From an uncultured Syntrophomonas sp. (GTDB lineage: Bacteria; Bacillota; Syntrophomonadia; Syntrophomonadales; Syntrophomonadaceae): a stretch of DNA of 32,000 bases. Shown here in pieces: positions 1-7,165 of this stretch. Each line of letters opens with the position of its first letter. Within the stretch, counting starts at the first letter, position 1. The DNA lies in the NCBI GenBank assembly GCA_964510795.1, contig CAZEDT010000004.1:65178-97177 (forward strand), in the 5' to 3' direction. Made by a program: the position numbers and the translations under genes. The notes under the pieces were generated by a model, which did not search any database, was not told the DNA's origin, and was given only the letters and a program-made list of their open reading frames with translations.

Positions 1-2
1 TA

Positions 3-761
3 GGCGCTGTTAAAGGCGTAGCCACCCACATGGTTGACATGATGACTCCAGTCGTAGTTCCAGTTCTGGCGTTTTATATTGAGGGAGGTCCTAAGAAAAT
101 TCTGGTTGATACCGGGGTTGTGGATGGCGGACCCGAGAATAATTTCCACGGCTTTCCCCTTATTGATTCCGGACCGCAGGGTATGGTAAAAGCGCTGGCA
201 GAGATCGGACTCACACCTGAAGATATTGATATTGTGATAATTACCCACCTGCACTTTGATCACGCGGCCAACATCAGTCTGTTCCCCCATGCCCAATTTA
301 TCTTGCAGAAAAAAGAATGGGAATATGCTAAAGCTCCCCTCCCGATTCAGAAAGGGGTATACCTGACTGATTTACTGAGCCAGCTGGAAAGCTATGATCT
401 TATTCTGGCTGATGACGGCTATGAAGTTGCCGAGGGGGTTAAGGTAATATGTGTGCCTGGTCACACCAAAGGTCAGCAGGCGGTAGTGGTAAACACCAGC
501 GATGGCAACTATGTAATAGCCGGTGACCTTATGTACACCCTCCTTAATATCTATCCCGAAAAAACCGAGCTTATTGACATGTTTGGCAACCAGATCCCCT
601 GCACACCACAGCCGGGACACGCCTTTTATCCTCCGGGCATTCATACTGACCTCACCGACTGGTATAATAGCGCCTGGCGAGTATTATCTATTGCCGGAAC
701 TCGCAAACATATCATTCCGGGACATGAACCCAGCCTGGTAGGAAAGGTCTTCCCTGAGTAG
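3..761 (+). CDS. MBL-fold metallo-hydrolase (AHL-lactonase-like); 5' end probably outside the window
   Basis: ORF track 30..761. HxHxDH zinc motif (ITHLHFDHAAN) preceded by an ILVDTG strand, later PGHTKG and PGHEP. The frame stays open back to base 3 (GAVKGVATH-M), so the ATG at 30 may be internal. Confidence 0.8.
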   Translation, partial: GAVKGVATHMVDMMTPVVVPVLAFYIEGGPKKILVDTGVVDGGPENNFHGFPLIDSGPQGMVKALAEIGLTPEDIDIVIITHLHFDHAANISLFPHAQFILQKKEWEYAKAPLPIQKGVYLTDLLSQLESYDLILADDGYEVAEGVKVICVPGHTKGQQAVVVNTSDGNYVIAGDLMYTLLNIYPEKTELIDMFGNQIPCTPQPGHAFYPPGIHTDLTDWYNSAWRVLSIAGTRKHIIPGHEPSLVGKVFPE

Positions 762-948
762 CATTTTCCCAACTGATTACGACAATTATCCTTTGCTTTT
801 CGGATTGCCGCTCCATAAAAGAGAAACACATATATCTATTTCTACAATTTACAAGGGTACACCACCCTAACCTTTAAAATGGCAGGCTTTTAATGATGAG
901 CAAGCCCGATAGTAAAGTATTTAACAACTAATTTGAGGGGGGTTTAGA

Positions 949-2544
949 ATGACAGAGGCAAGACTGGAATTTCCTATTATGCAAGTTGAAGATTTACCAT
1001 TCTTAAAAGGAAGACGCCTCCAATTTGATAGCATTGCCGAGATGTTTTATACCAGAGTGCAGGAAGCCCCAAACACACCCCATGTGCTTTTCTACGATCA
1101 GATAATCACTTACGCCCAGACCAACCAGCGATCTAATCAGGTAGCCAATTACCTGAAGGAACAAGGCGTACAAAAGGGTGACATGGTATCAGTCATGGTA
1201 TTAAATTCACCTGAGATTTACTATACGATGTTTGGGACTCAGAAACTGGGTGCCGTAGCCGGAGCTATTAACTATCTGCTGAAGGGCCCGGAAATAGCCT
1301 ATGTGCTTGATGATTCCAAGCCTAAAGTCGCCTTTGTAGGCAGCGAGTTTATGCAGGATTTTGCAGCCGGCTATGCCCTGGCTAACCACAAACCGGTGGT
1401 TGTTGAGGTAGCAACCGGAGCAGAGCATGGAGCCAATATTGCTGCTGGGACCCTGGTCGATATTCTGGCAAAATACCCCGATACTGAAGCCTTGGTGCCG
1501 CAGGGTCCGGATGATCCGTTTTTGCTGCTTTACTCTTCGGGAACTACCGGTTCCCCTAAAGGAATCCTTTTGCCCAATAGAGCGCAGCTCTCGCTTTGTC
1601 GAGCCATGAATATGATTCAGCTTTTTCACGGCAATGACATAATGATGATCATCATGCCTATGTTCCATACCAATCCTCTTTGTGTCTGGACCTATCCTAT
1701 AATCTTCGGCGGACATACGGTGTGCATAAGGAAGGGTTTTTCACCGGCTGACTTCTGGCCTTCAGTTTTGCAGTATGGAGTAACAGTGGTTATGGGAGTG
1801 CCAGCCATGTATAACTATATCTACAATTCAGCCGATCCGAATACCATAGACAGATCCAGACTCAAGCTACGATACGCTTTCTCCGGTGCAGCTCCTCTGC
1901 CGGTTGAACTAATCCTGGGATTTAAAGAGAAATTCAATGTAGATATCCTGGAAGGTTATGGCTTGACCGAAGCGACCGGGGTGTCGACCGTAAATCCACC
2001 CGTTGGCAAAAAGAAACCTGGCTCGGTAGGCAGAAATTTCCCGGAGCAGGAAGTCGAAATTATGGATGATAACAATAATATTTTACCTCCATACGAAAAA
2101 GGCGAAATCTGTATTCGGGGCGACGCTAATATGATCGGTTACCTCAATAAGCCGGAGGCTACCGCCGAAACTCTTATAGATGCCTGGCTGCACACTGGTG
2201 ATGTGGGATATATGGACGAAGAGGGTTATATATTTGTCGTAGACCGCAAGAAAGATATGATAATCCGCGGCGGCGAGAATATTTATCCCCGCGAGATTGA
2301 AATAGTCCTGGAGGGACATCCCAAGGTAGCGGAAGTAGCGGTAATAGGGGTTCCTGATCCGGCTCTGGGAGAAAGAGTCAAGGCCTTCATTGTCCCGAAG
2401 CCTGATCAAGCTCTAAAGGGAGAAGAAATACTGGAATTCCTGAAGGATAAAATGGCCAAGTACAAGATTCCCGAATTCATTGATATTACCAATAATATTC
2501 CCCGCAATCCGACCGGTAAGATACTGAAAAAGGATTTGCGGTAA
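949..2544 (+). CDS. AMP-dependent acyl-CoA synthetase/ligase (adenylate-forming family; substrate not assignable)
   Basis: 531 aa. Motifs LLYSSGTTGSPKG, EGYGLTE, HTGDVGYMDEEGY, DRKKDMIIRGGENIYPREIE and terminal GKILKKDL. GAGGGGGG RBS about 6 nt upstream of the ATG. Confidence 0.9.
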   Translation: MTEARLEFPIMQVEDLPFLKGRRLQFDSIAEMFYTRVQEAPNTPHVLFYDQIITYAQTNQRSNQVANYLKEQGVQKGDMVSVMVLNSPEIYYTMFGTQKLGAVAGAINYLLKGPEIAYVLDDSKPKVAFVGSEFMQDFAAGYALANHKPVVVEVATGAEHGANIAAGTLVDILAKYPDTEALVPQGPDDPFLLLYSSGTTGSPKGILLPNRAQLSLCRAMNMIQLFHGNDIMMIIMPMFHTNPLCVWTYPIIFGGHTVCIRKGFSPADFWPSVLQYGVTVVMGVPAMYNYIYNSADPNTIDRSRLKLRYAFSGAAPLPVELILGFKEKFNVDILEGYGLTEATGVSTVNPPVGKKKPGSVGRNFPEQEVEIMDDNNNILPPYEKGEICIRGDANMIGYLNKPEATAETLIDAWLHTGDVGYMDEEGYIFVVDRKKDMIIRGGENIYPREIEIVLEGHPKVAEVAVIGVPDPALGERVKAFIVPKPDQALKGEEILEFLKDKMAKYKIPEFIDITNNIPRNPTGKILKKDLR

Positions 2545-2552
2545 GATGATTA

Positions 2553-2584
2553 GCCCTCCGGTAAGATTACCTCCGGGGGGCTTT
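2553..2584 (+). terminator. Stem-loop after the ligase gene (possible intrinsic terminator)
   Basis: gccctccgg (2553-2561) pairs with ccggggggc (2573-2581), including one G-U pair; 11-nt loop; followed by only a short ttt. Confidence 0.45.
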
Positions 2585-2728
2585 GACTGTCTAATAGAGT
2601 TTGCAATAATATCGACTAAATAGGATAATATTGGCATAGGCTCCTAAGCAAGGTTTATAAATATTTGCTGGTTTGATAGTTAAAAGCAAGCCGCTCATAA
2701 AAATATTTTATAGTAGGAGGAAGATGAA

Positions 2729-3028
2729 ATGATAGTTCTTGCCGCCTCTTTTAAAGCGAAAGCGGGTCTGGAAACAAAACTGGAAGAGGCTCTTAAGGCC
2801 ATGATCCCCAAAGTCCAGGAAGAAGAAGGCACCCTGATGTATACGCTGCATAAGGCCAAACGCGATCCCGGACAGTTCCTGATCTATGAAATGTACCAGG
2901 ACAAAGCCGCCCTGAATTTCCACAGTTCAACCCCATATTTCAAAGAATTCTTTGGTCAGATAGCGGACCTGTTAGAAGGTACCCCCCAAATTACCATCTA
3001 TGAGGATATTGCCTCCATTAGCCGCTAG
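2729..3028 (+). CDS. ABM-domain (antibiotic biosynthesis monooxygenase / YgiN-like quinol monooxygenase) protein
   Basis: 99 aa, typical ABM size and pattern (IVLAASFKAK..G....LEEAL.....V..EEG.L.Y.LH....DPG.F.IYE.Y.D..AL..H..T.YFKEF). AGGAGG RBS at 2714-2719. Confidence 0.8.
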   Translation: MIVLAASFKAKAGLETKLEEALKAMIPKVQEEEGTLMYTLHKAKRDPGQFLIYEMYQDKAALNFHSSTPYFKEFFGQIADLLEGTPQITIYEDIASISR

Positions 3029-3040
3029 GATTAGCTTTTT

Positions 3041-3080
3041 CTCAGGAGATCCCGGTAAATTCCATCGGGTTTCTCCTGAG
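3041..3080 (+). terminator. Hairpin downstream of the ABM gene
   Basis: ctcaggaga (3041-3049) pairs with tctcctgag (3072-3080), with inner cccg/cggg pairing. No clear T-tract. Confidence 0.35.
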
Positions 3081-3134
3081 TTACACCAGTTATTACATAG
3101 GAGTTCCACCGGGACGTTCTTCCTGTAACAATGC
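3080..3134 (-). repeat. Copy A of a ~55-nt transposase-flanking repeat (inverted relative to copies B and C)
   Basis: The reverse complement reads attgttacaggaagaacgtcccggtggaac...tggtgtaac. This matches attgttacgcgaagaacgtcccggtgtaac (copy C) and attgtgttacaagaagagcgtcccggtgtaac (copy B). Confidence 0.8.
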
Positions 3135-3902
3135 TTATGCTCTTTGTACATTCATAGCATTAAGTCCTGTAACTCGGGCTATTTGACGAAGTGTTACGCC
3201 TTCATTTTCCTTTTCCATACTCTGTAGCTTTCCAATTGGTTCTCCATCCATCAATGCCTCAAGTTCGGCCTTCACTTCTCCATCGGTTTTTTTACGTTTT
3301 ATTTCTTCATCCAGACAAGTATCTTCGTTTTCTTGCTTCATAAACTCCCGAAATGCCCGAATCGCTTCGATCTGGTTCCGATGAAATATGCATAGAATAT
3401 ACTCGGTTTGGGTTAACCCGCTTGGATACTCTTTCCCGCCGGCATACGCATGAATACTGCTCCATCGATACGATTCCGGGTTTCGTACCAAACCTGCTTT
3501 CACCGGATTGTTGTGTATATATCGGACTACGGTCAATAAATACTTGTCGTCTTCAACGCACTCACTGCCGTAACGTCCTTGAAATACATGTCCGCTTCGA
3601 CTGTATTTCTGGTTATACCACTTGGCATAACTCGTCCCAATCCGACTCATGGTGCGAGATACCGTATCCTCGTTTTCTCGCACCAGCAAGTGAACATGGT
3701 TGCTCATCAGACAGTACCCATAAAGCCCATACTCTTGATTTCTCTTTTTCTGCGCTAGCGTTTCCACAAAGTGCAGGCTATCATCATCGTCGAAGAAAAT
3801 GTCTCCTCGATTGATTCCCCGCAATACTACATGATAAATGCCACTCTCGCACCGTTGTCTTGCCTGTCTAACCACGCCAAAACCCCATACATTTTTTTCC
3901 AT
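3135..3902 (-). CDS. Y1 (IS200/RayT-like, COG1943-type) transposase with a C-terminal helix-turn-helix tail
   Basis: YHVVLRGINRGDIF, YGYCLMSNHVHLLV (HUH-type motif), GHVFQGRYGSECVEDDKYLLTVVRYIHNNPVKAGLV, YRWSS. C-terminal LRQIARVTGLNAMNVQRA looks like an HTH. I prefer the start MEKN at 3902 over the track start at 3959, because 3918-3960 is duplicated as non-coding DNA at 4115-4170. Confidence 0.85.
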   Translation of the reverse strand: MEKNVWGFGVVRQARQRCESGIYHVVLRGINRGDIFFDDDDSLHFVETLAQKKRNQEYGLYGYCLMSNHVHLLVRENEDTVSRTMSRIGTSYAKWYNQKYSRSGHVFQGRYGSECVEDDKYLLTVVRYIHNNPVKAGLVRNPESYRWSSIHAYAGGKEYPSGLTQTEYILCIFHRNQIEAIRAFREFMKQENEDTCLDEEIKRKKTDGEVKAELEALMDGEPIGKLQSMEKENEGVTLRQIARVTGLNAMNVQRA

Positions 3903-3970
3903 TATACCGAATCTAATCAAAAAAACCCACCGGTTATTCCAGCGAATCCAATTGTTCAATTTCTTAGTTT

Positions 3971-4023
3971 TATTGTGTTACAAGAAGAGCGTCCCGGTGT
4001 AACACGGTGTAACCCGTGTAACC
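3971..4023 (+). repeat. Copy B of the flanking repeat with three GGTGTAAC-type iterons
   Basis: tattgtgttacaagaagagcgtcccggtgtaacacggtgtaacccgtgtaacc. Confidence 0.8.
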
Positions 4024-4080
4024 TGAGCTCTACTAGTCTGTTTGACTTTGCCATCAGAAGTGGTGGAATAGCTGGGTGAT

Positions 4081-4381
4081 GTCAGGGGGACGGGGTTATT
4101 GACAGCTTTTAGACCCACCGGTTTTCCAGTGGGTCTATATAAGAATTGTTCAATTATTGTTTATTATTTTTTATTGTTACGCGAAGAACGTCCCGGTGTA
4201 ACCCCCGGTGTAACCCGGTGTAACCCCCAAAAAAAGCCAACAAAAAGAACGTCCCTCTGTTGGCCCTCTGTGTTGGGCCGGAACCCCCGGCCTAGCCGGG
4301 GGTTTTCATTGCGATAAAAAAACACCCCCAATCCATTTCATTCCGGATTGGAGGTGTTGGCAATAATCCCGTCCCTTTGAC
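4081..4381. mobile_element. MITE-like unit bounded by imperfect ~23-nt inverted repeats; contains repeat copy C and two strong hairpins
   Basis: Left end gtcagggggacggggttattgac (4081-4103). The reverse complement of the right end (4359-4381) is gtcaaagggacgggattattgcc, matching about 19 of 23 positions. Internal hairpins: aacccccgg/ccgggggtt (about 4279-4306) and aacacccccaatcc/ggattggaggtgtt (4321-4358). No ORF of its own. Confidence 0.5.
4171..4228 (+). repeat. Copy C of the flanking repeat with three GGTGTAAC iterons
   Basis: ttattgttacgcgaagaacgtcccggtgtaacccccggtgtaacccggtgtaaccccc. The preceding 4115-4170 also parallels 3918-3970 (cccaccggtt..ttccag...aattgttcaatt). Confidence 0.8.
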
Positions 4382-4407
4382 ACTTAAAGTTGCCATGCCA
4401 GTTCTTT

Positions 4408-5067
4408 TCAGCCGAAGCTTTTATTGATTTTTTCCTTATCATATTCCAATATCCAATTATTATATTTTTTATAGACTTGCATTAAAACATCTTTTGAATT
4501 TGCTACAATATCTAAACCTCTATCATCATAAACATGAAAAATGGAATTATTTAATTGATTGATAAAGTATAAGTCTCCTATAAGGCATGGTTCTTTTTCT
4601 ATGCTTTGATTTAATTTAGCAATAATCATATCTTTAAAATTAACCTCTTCAACTTTACAACTTATCCAAAAACGGTATGTCTTCGTATCATCAGTATCTC
4701 CAGCTTCCTTATATCTGTATTCTAATTCGTCTTTAAATATATTAGCGGAGAAGTCTTTTCCATAAAAATAGTTTTCGAAAACCTTCAATATTTCTGGTTC
4801 AGATTCATTTATGGGATATTCGTCCCATGAATCTACAAAAAGAATAACAAACAGTTCATCCTCAACCTTATTTATCTCATTAAATAATGCATACGAGCGA
4901 GTATAACACTGCTCAATTCTTCCTTCACAAAAATCTAAATCGCCACCTAAATCAAATCTAATCCCCACAGGGAAATTATAGAATAATGGTTGCTTTAATT
5001 GTAATGTAGGAAATTTTTTATTTAAGTACATCTCTAAACTAAATTCACTCACATATATCACCGCCAT
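4408..5067 (-). CDS. DUF3885-like protein; putative immunity protein for the upstream RHS toxin
   Basis: 219 aa, AT-rich. The N-terminal pattern YLNKKFPTLQLKQPLFYNFPVGIRFDLGGDL matches my memory of DUF3885 proteins. Lies immediately downstream (same strand) of the toxin C-terminal domain. Confidence 0.55.
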   Translation of the reverse strand: MAVIYVSEFSLEMYLNKKFPTLQLKQPLFYNFPVGIRFDLGGDLDFCEGRIEQCYTRSYALFNEINKVEDELFVILFVDSWDEYPINESEPEILKVFENYFYGKDFSANIFKDELEYRYKEAGDTDDTKTYRFWISCKVEEVNFKDMIIAKLNQSIEKEPCLIGDLYFINQLNNSIFHVYDDRGLDIVANSKDVLMQVYKKYNNWILEYDKEKINKSFG

Positions 5068-5114
5068 AAAGTATTGTAGAGGGCGACTTTACTCGCCCTC
5101 TATGAATTTAACCC

Positions 5115-5426
5115 TTACTTAAGCTTTATTACTGTTCCGGTTTTACTTTTATGTTTATTTTCTATAAAATTACCATACTCATCTGCATCTGCAACCCAAT
5201 GAAGCTCATTTCCCCTTTTTTCAAACACTTTATAAGCAGAACCCCCATGTCTAGTTGTGTCTTTTGCCCAGAAATATCCCTTCTTTGTATTATCTTGATA
5301 TGCCTTTACTTTTTCGCCGTTAAAATTATATGTTATTTCAGACTTTGCATTAGTTTTAATATCCCATTTGGTCTTACCTGCACCCTCAAGGGTATGTTTA
5401 ATAGATCCAGAATGCTCAATTAATTC
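5115..5426 (-). pseudogene. Toxin C-terminal domain reading frame lacking its own start, out of frame with the RHS core
   Basis: My own translation of the minus strand: ELIEHSGSIKHTLEGAGKTKWDIKTNAKSEITYNFNGEKVKAYQDNTKKGYFWAKDTTRHGGSAYKVFEKRGNELHWVADADEYGNFIENKHKSKTGTVIKLK*. About 103 codons are open, with no start codon near the 5' end of the frame. The frame overlaps the RHS stop (5420-5422). Confidence 0.6.
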
Positions 5427-6205
5427 CTAACCGATTTGGTTCCAGTTTTTCTTCCAATAATGCCCAGAGATAATGCTGGTACTGCCTGCGGATACTGATT
5501 TTCAAACATTTGACATGTCATGTCGAACGAATTGCTCGGATCCGGTGTAATTAGTTCTAATAATGCCTTACCTGATTTTTCATAATCAATAGGTTCGGCA
5601 AATATCATTACATTACCGCTTGGATCAACATACTTAGCTGGATTATTGATGCAATACGTGTAAAGATTCAAACTCAGCGGATTAGTAATACTTCCCTCAT
5701 AACTATCCTTCGATATAAACCTGCCGATGGTTGGATCATAGTATCTGGCCCTAAGATAGTAGAAGCCACTCTCACTATCCAGCATCTCTCCTGCATATTT
5801 GAAGTCATTTGCTATTGTCTCGGTCTGATTTAGGATGTTTCCCCATTCATCATATTCGTAGGTGTTGACTGGAATTCCTGCTGTGTCTACAATCTGCACT
5901 ACATCGCCATGACCGCTGTAGAGGTAGTAGTATTCCTGGTTGCTATTGTCCTTTTTGACCAGGAGTTTATCTGGCCCCCAGATATACTTTGAACTTTGGC
6001 TGGCATTTACATCTGATATTACTCTGCCGGCATTGTCATAGGTATAGCGTGTGGTTGCAGTCGGTGTAACCTTCTTTAGTCTTAATCCGGTTGGATCATA
6101 GGTATAGCTAGTGCTCTGTCCTGAAGTTGTTACACCAGTGAGTTGGTCTAATGCATTGTAGCTGCAGTTGAATGTGGTAGTGTAAATTGGGAATCCGGTG
6201 TTAGA
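5420..6205 (-). pseudogene. RHS/YD-repeat toxin, C-terminal fragment (N-terminally truncated)
   Basis: Track ORF 5420..5899 contains the RHS core end (YEYDEWGN, FYYLRARYYDPTIGRFISKDS, NLYTYCINNPAKYVDPSG). My translation shows the frame stays open upstream to 6274, with YD repeats (YTYDPTGLRLKKV, TRYTYDNAGRVI, YYYLYSGHGDVVQIVD). Homology is lost near 6205. Confidence 0.85.
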
Positions 6206-6257
6206 GCCAATCCATAATGTCCGACGATAGACGGTGTTAATTGTCCAGAAACTGACG
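6206..6257 (+). repeat. 52-nt repeat, copy 1; resembles an IS3/IS150-type terminal inverted repeat
   Basis: gccaatccataatgtccgacgatagacggtgttaattgtccagaaactgacg differs at 8 of 52 positions from 23122-23173. The segment gtgttaattgtccag recalls the IS150 end as I remember it. The next bases are 'ca' (6258-6259). Confidence 0.45.
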
Positions 6258-6591
6258 CATTCGTGTCTCCTATCTCAGCTACCCGCTCGGCAGCGGTTAC
6301 AGCACTAATTCCGGGCATGGTTTCGAGCTTGTAGTCAAGCTTAGGCATAACTGCCTTTAACGCTGCTTCTACACAGCTTATTTCCTGCTTTTTAAACTGA
6401 ATGTCCCTGACGATACTTTTAACCAGGAAATCACTGTTTGCCTGGTAATCTCGCTTGGTGTCTCCGTTTTTATCGATTAGCTCCAGTATTTTTTGGGCTT
6501 TTCGAATCAAACAGGCATTATTACTGCAATTACTCGGAAAATCGGCCAGTTCTTCTACGGTTATACCTTCTAATTGATGGGGAGCGGGGTA
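6258..6591 (-). pseudogene. IS110-family transposase internal fragment
   Basis: Minus-strand frame open from 6591: EGITVEELADF...KAQKILELI...ETMPGISAVTAAERVAEIGD, matching the IS110 Transposase_20 region. It lacks both the N-terminal catalytic domain and the C-terminus. Confidence 0.7.
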
Positions 6592-6593
6592 TT

Positions 6594-6765
6594 AAAGAGC
6601 CAAGGCCTTCATTGTCCCAAAGCCTGATCAAGTACTAAAGGGAGAAGAAATACTGGAATTCCTGAAGGATAAAATGGCCAAGCACAAGATTACCAGTAAG
6701 CTGCCCTGAAAAAAGATTTTTCATCCAGCAGTGGTAGCGCTGCGTGCCATGGGAGTCTGCTACGG
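6594..6765 (+). pseudogene. Displaced, decayed copy of the 3' end of the acyl-CoA ligase gene plus a downstream flank
   Basis: 6594-6691 matches 2372-2469 with 5 mismatches in 98 nt (manual alignment). A 42-nt gap relative to 2470-2511 follows, then accagtaag/ctg..ctgaaaaaagattt parallels 2512-2537. The tail 6701-6765 recurs at 21097-21161. Confidence 0.85.
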
Positions 6766-6985
6766 AAATATAATCTTATACCTATAACACCTTTCGACCG
6801 TCCCCCAGGAGCAGCCTAAAGGTATCCTGCCTCCAATGATTGCTTCCAGCTGGCTTGCCATGTTACTTTCCGGATTTCGCAGCTAATGTGCAGTAGTGGC
6901 TAATTTTATCCTGGGGTTGTCCTTTAGCCATTAATTGCGTTCTATTAAATATGGTAGGGGCGTATTATTTTATATCCAAATTTCC

Positions 6986-7014
6986 TTGACGGAAAAGAGG
7001 AAGGGCACTATAAT
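6986..7014 (+). promoter_or_regulatory. Sigma-A-type promoter of amtB-glnK
   Basis: TTGACG (6986-6991), 17-nt spacer, TATAAT (7009-7014). Confidence 0.7.
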
Positions 7015-7053
7015 AGCAAGAAATGATTCTAATTTAGTTAATTAAATATATTA

Positions 7054-7131
7054 GGCAGCATAATTCTGCCCGGCGAAGGCGCCTATTTGTTAATCAGGTT
7101 GAAACCTGATTAACAAATAGGCGCTTTTTTT
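7054..7131 (+). terminator. Leader attenuator: small hairpins followed by a 21-bp intrinsic terminator upstream of amtB
   Basis: Hairpin ggcag-cataatt-ctgcc (7054-7070). GGCGAAG at 7072-7078. Terminator arms gcgcctatttgttaatcaggt (7079-7099) and acctgattaacaaataggcgc (7104-7124), then TTTTTTT (7125-7131). Located between the promoter and the amtB ATG at 7166. Confidence 0.8.
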
Positions 7132-7165
7132 ATAATTATTTTTATTTATTGGGAGTGATGTATTA

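Noticed and set aside
1207-1716. Long antisense or overlapping ORFs inside large genes (e.g. 372..644, 1207..1716, 2083..2409, 7196..7609, 7777..8136, 9590..9787, 12335..12588, 14439..14726, 29947..30225, 30998..31246)
   Set aside because: These are shadow ORFs within confidently identified genes on the opposite strand or in another frame, with no independent support.
3903-3959. N-terminal extension (MNNWIRWNNRWVFLIRFGI) of the Y1 transposase ORF
   Set aside because: The same DNA is duplicated in a clearly non-coding context at 4115-4170, and the extension is not part of the conserved Y1 fold. The start at MEKN (3902) is preferred.
3971-4228. Possible CRISPR array because of repeated GGTGTAAC units
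   Set aside because: The units are 8-12 nt, contiguous, with no spacers of unique sequence, and are embedded in a larger ~55-nt repeat flanking a transposase. Not CRISPR.
3771-4317. Track ORFs 3771..4079 and 4099..4317 (both contain EERPGVTRCNP)
   Set aside because: The shared peptide is simply the translation of repeat copies B and C. There is no RBS, both are low-complexity, and they overlap structured repeats. Not genes.
5151-5423. Plus-strand ORF of 90 aa (MFIFYKITILICICNP...)
   Set aside because: It is the antisense shadow of the minus-strand toxin C-terminal frame, with Cys/Ile/Phe-rich low-complexity composition and no RBS.
6148-6510. Track ORF of 120 aa as a real gene
   Set aside because: The reading frame is chimeric. 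It runs from an IS110 internal fragment through the 52-nt IS-end-like repeat into RHS DNA in the wrong frame, and it uses a TTG 'start'. Treated as pseudogene fragments instead.
7060-7131. TnrA/GlnR box (TGTNAN7TNACA), glutamine riboswitch or T-box in the amtB leader
   Set aside because: TGTTAATCAGGTTGAAACCTGATTAACA is the terminator stem itself and does not fit the 17-bp TnrA/GlnR spacing. I could not recognise glnA-RNA or T-box features by eye.
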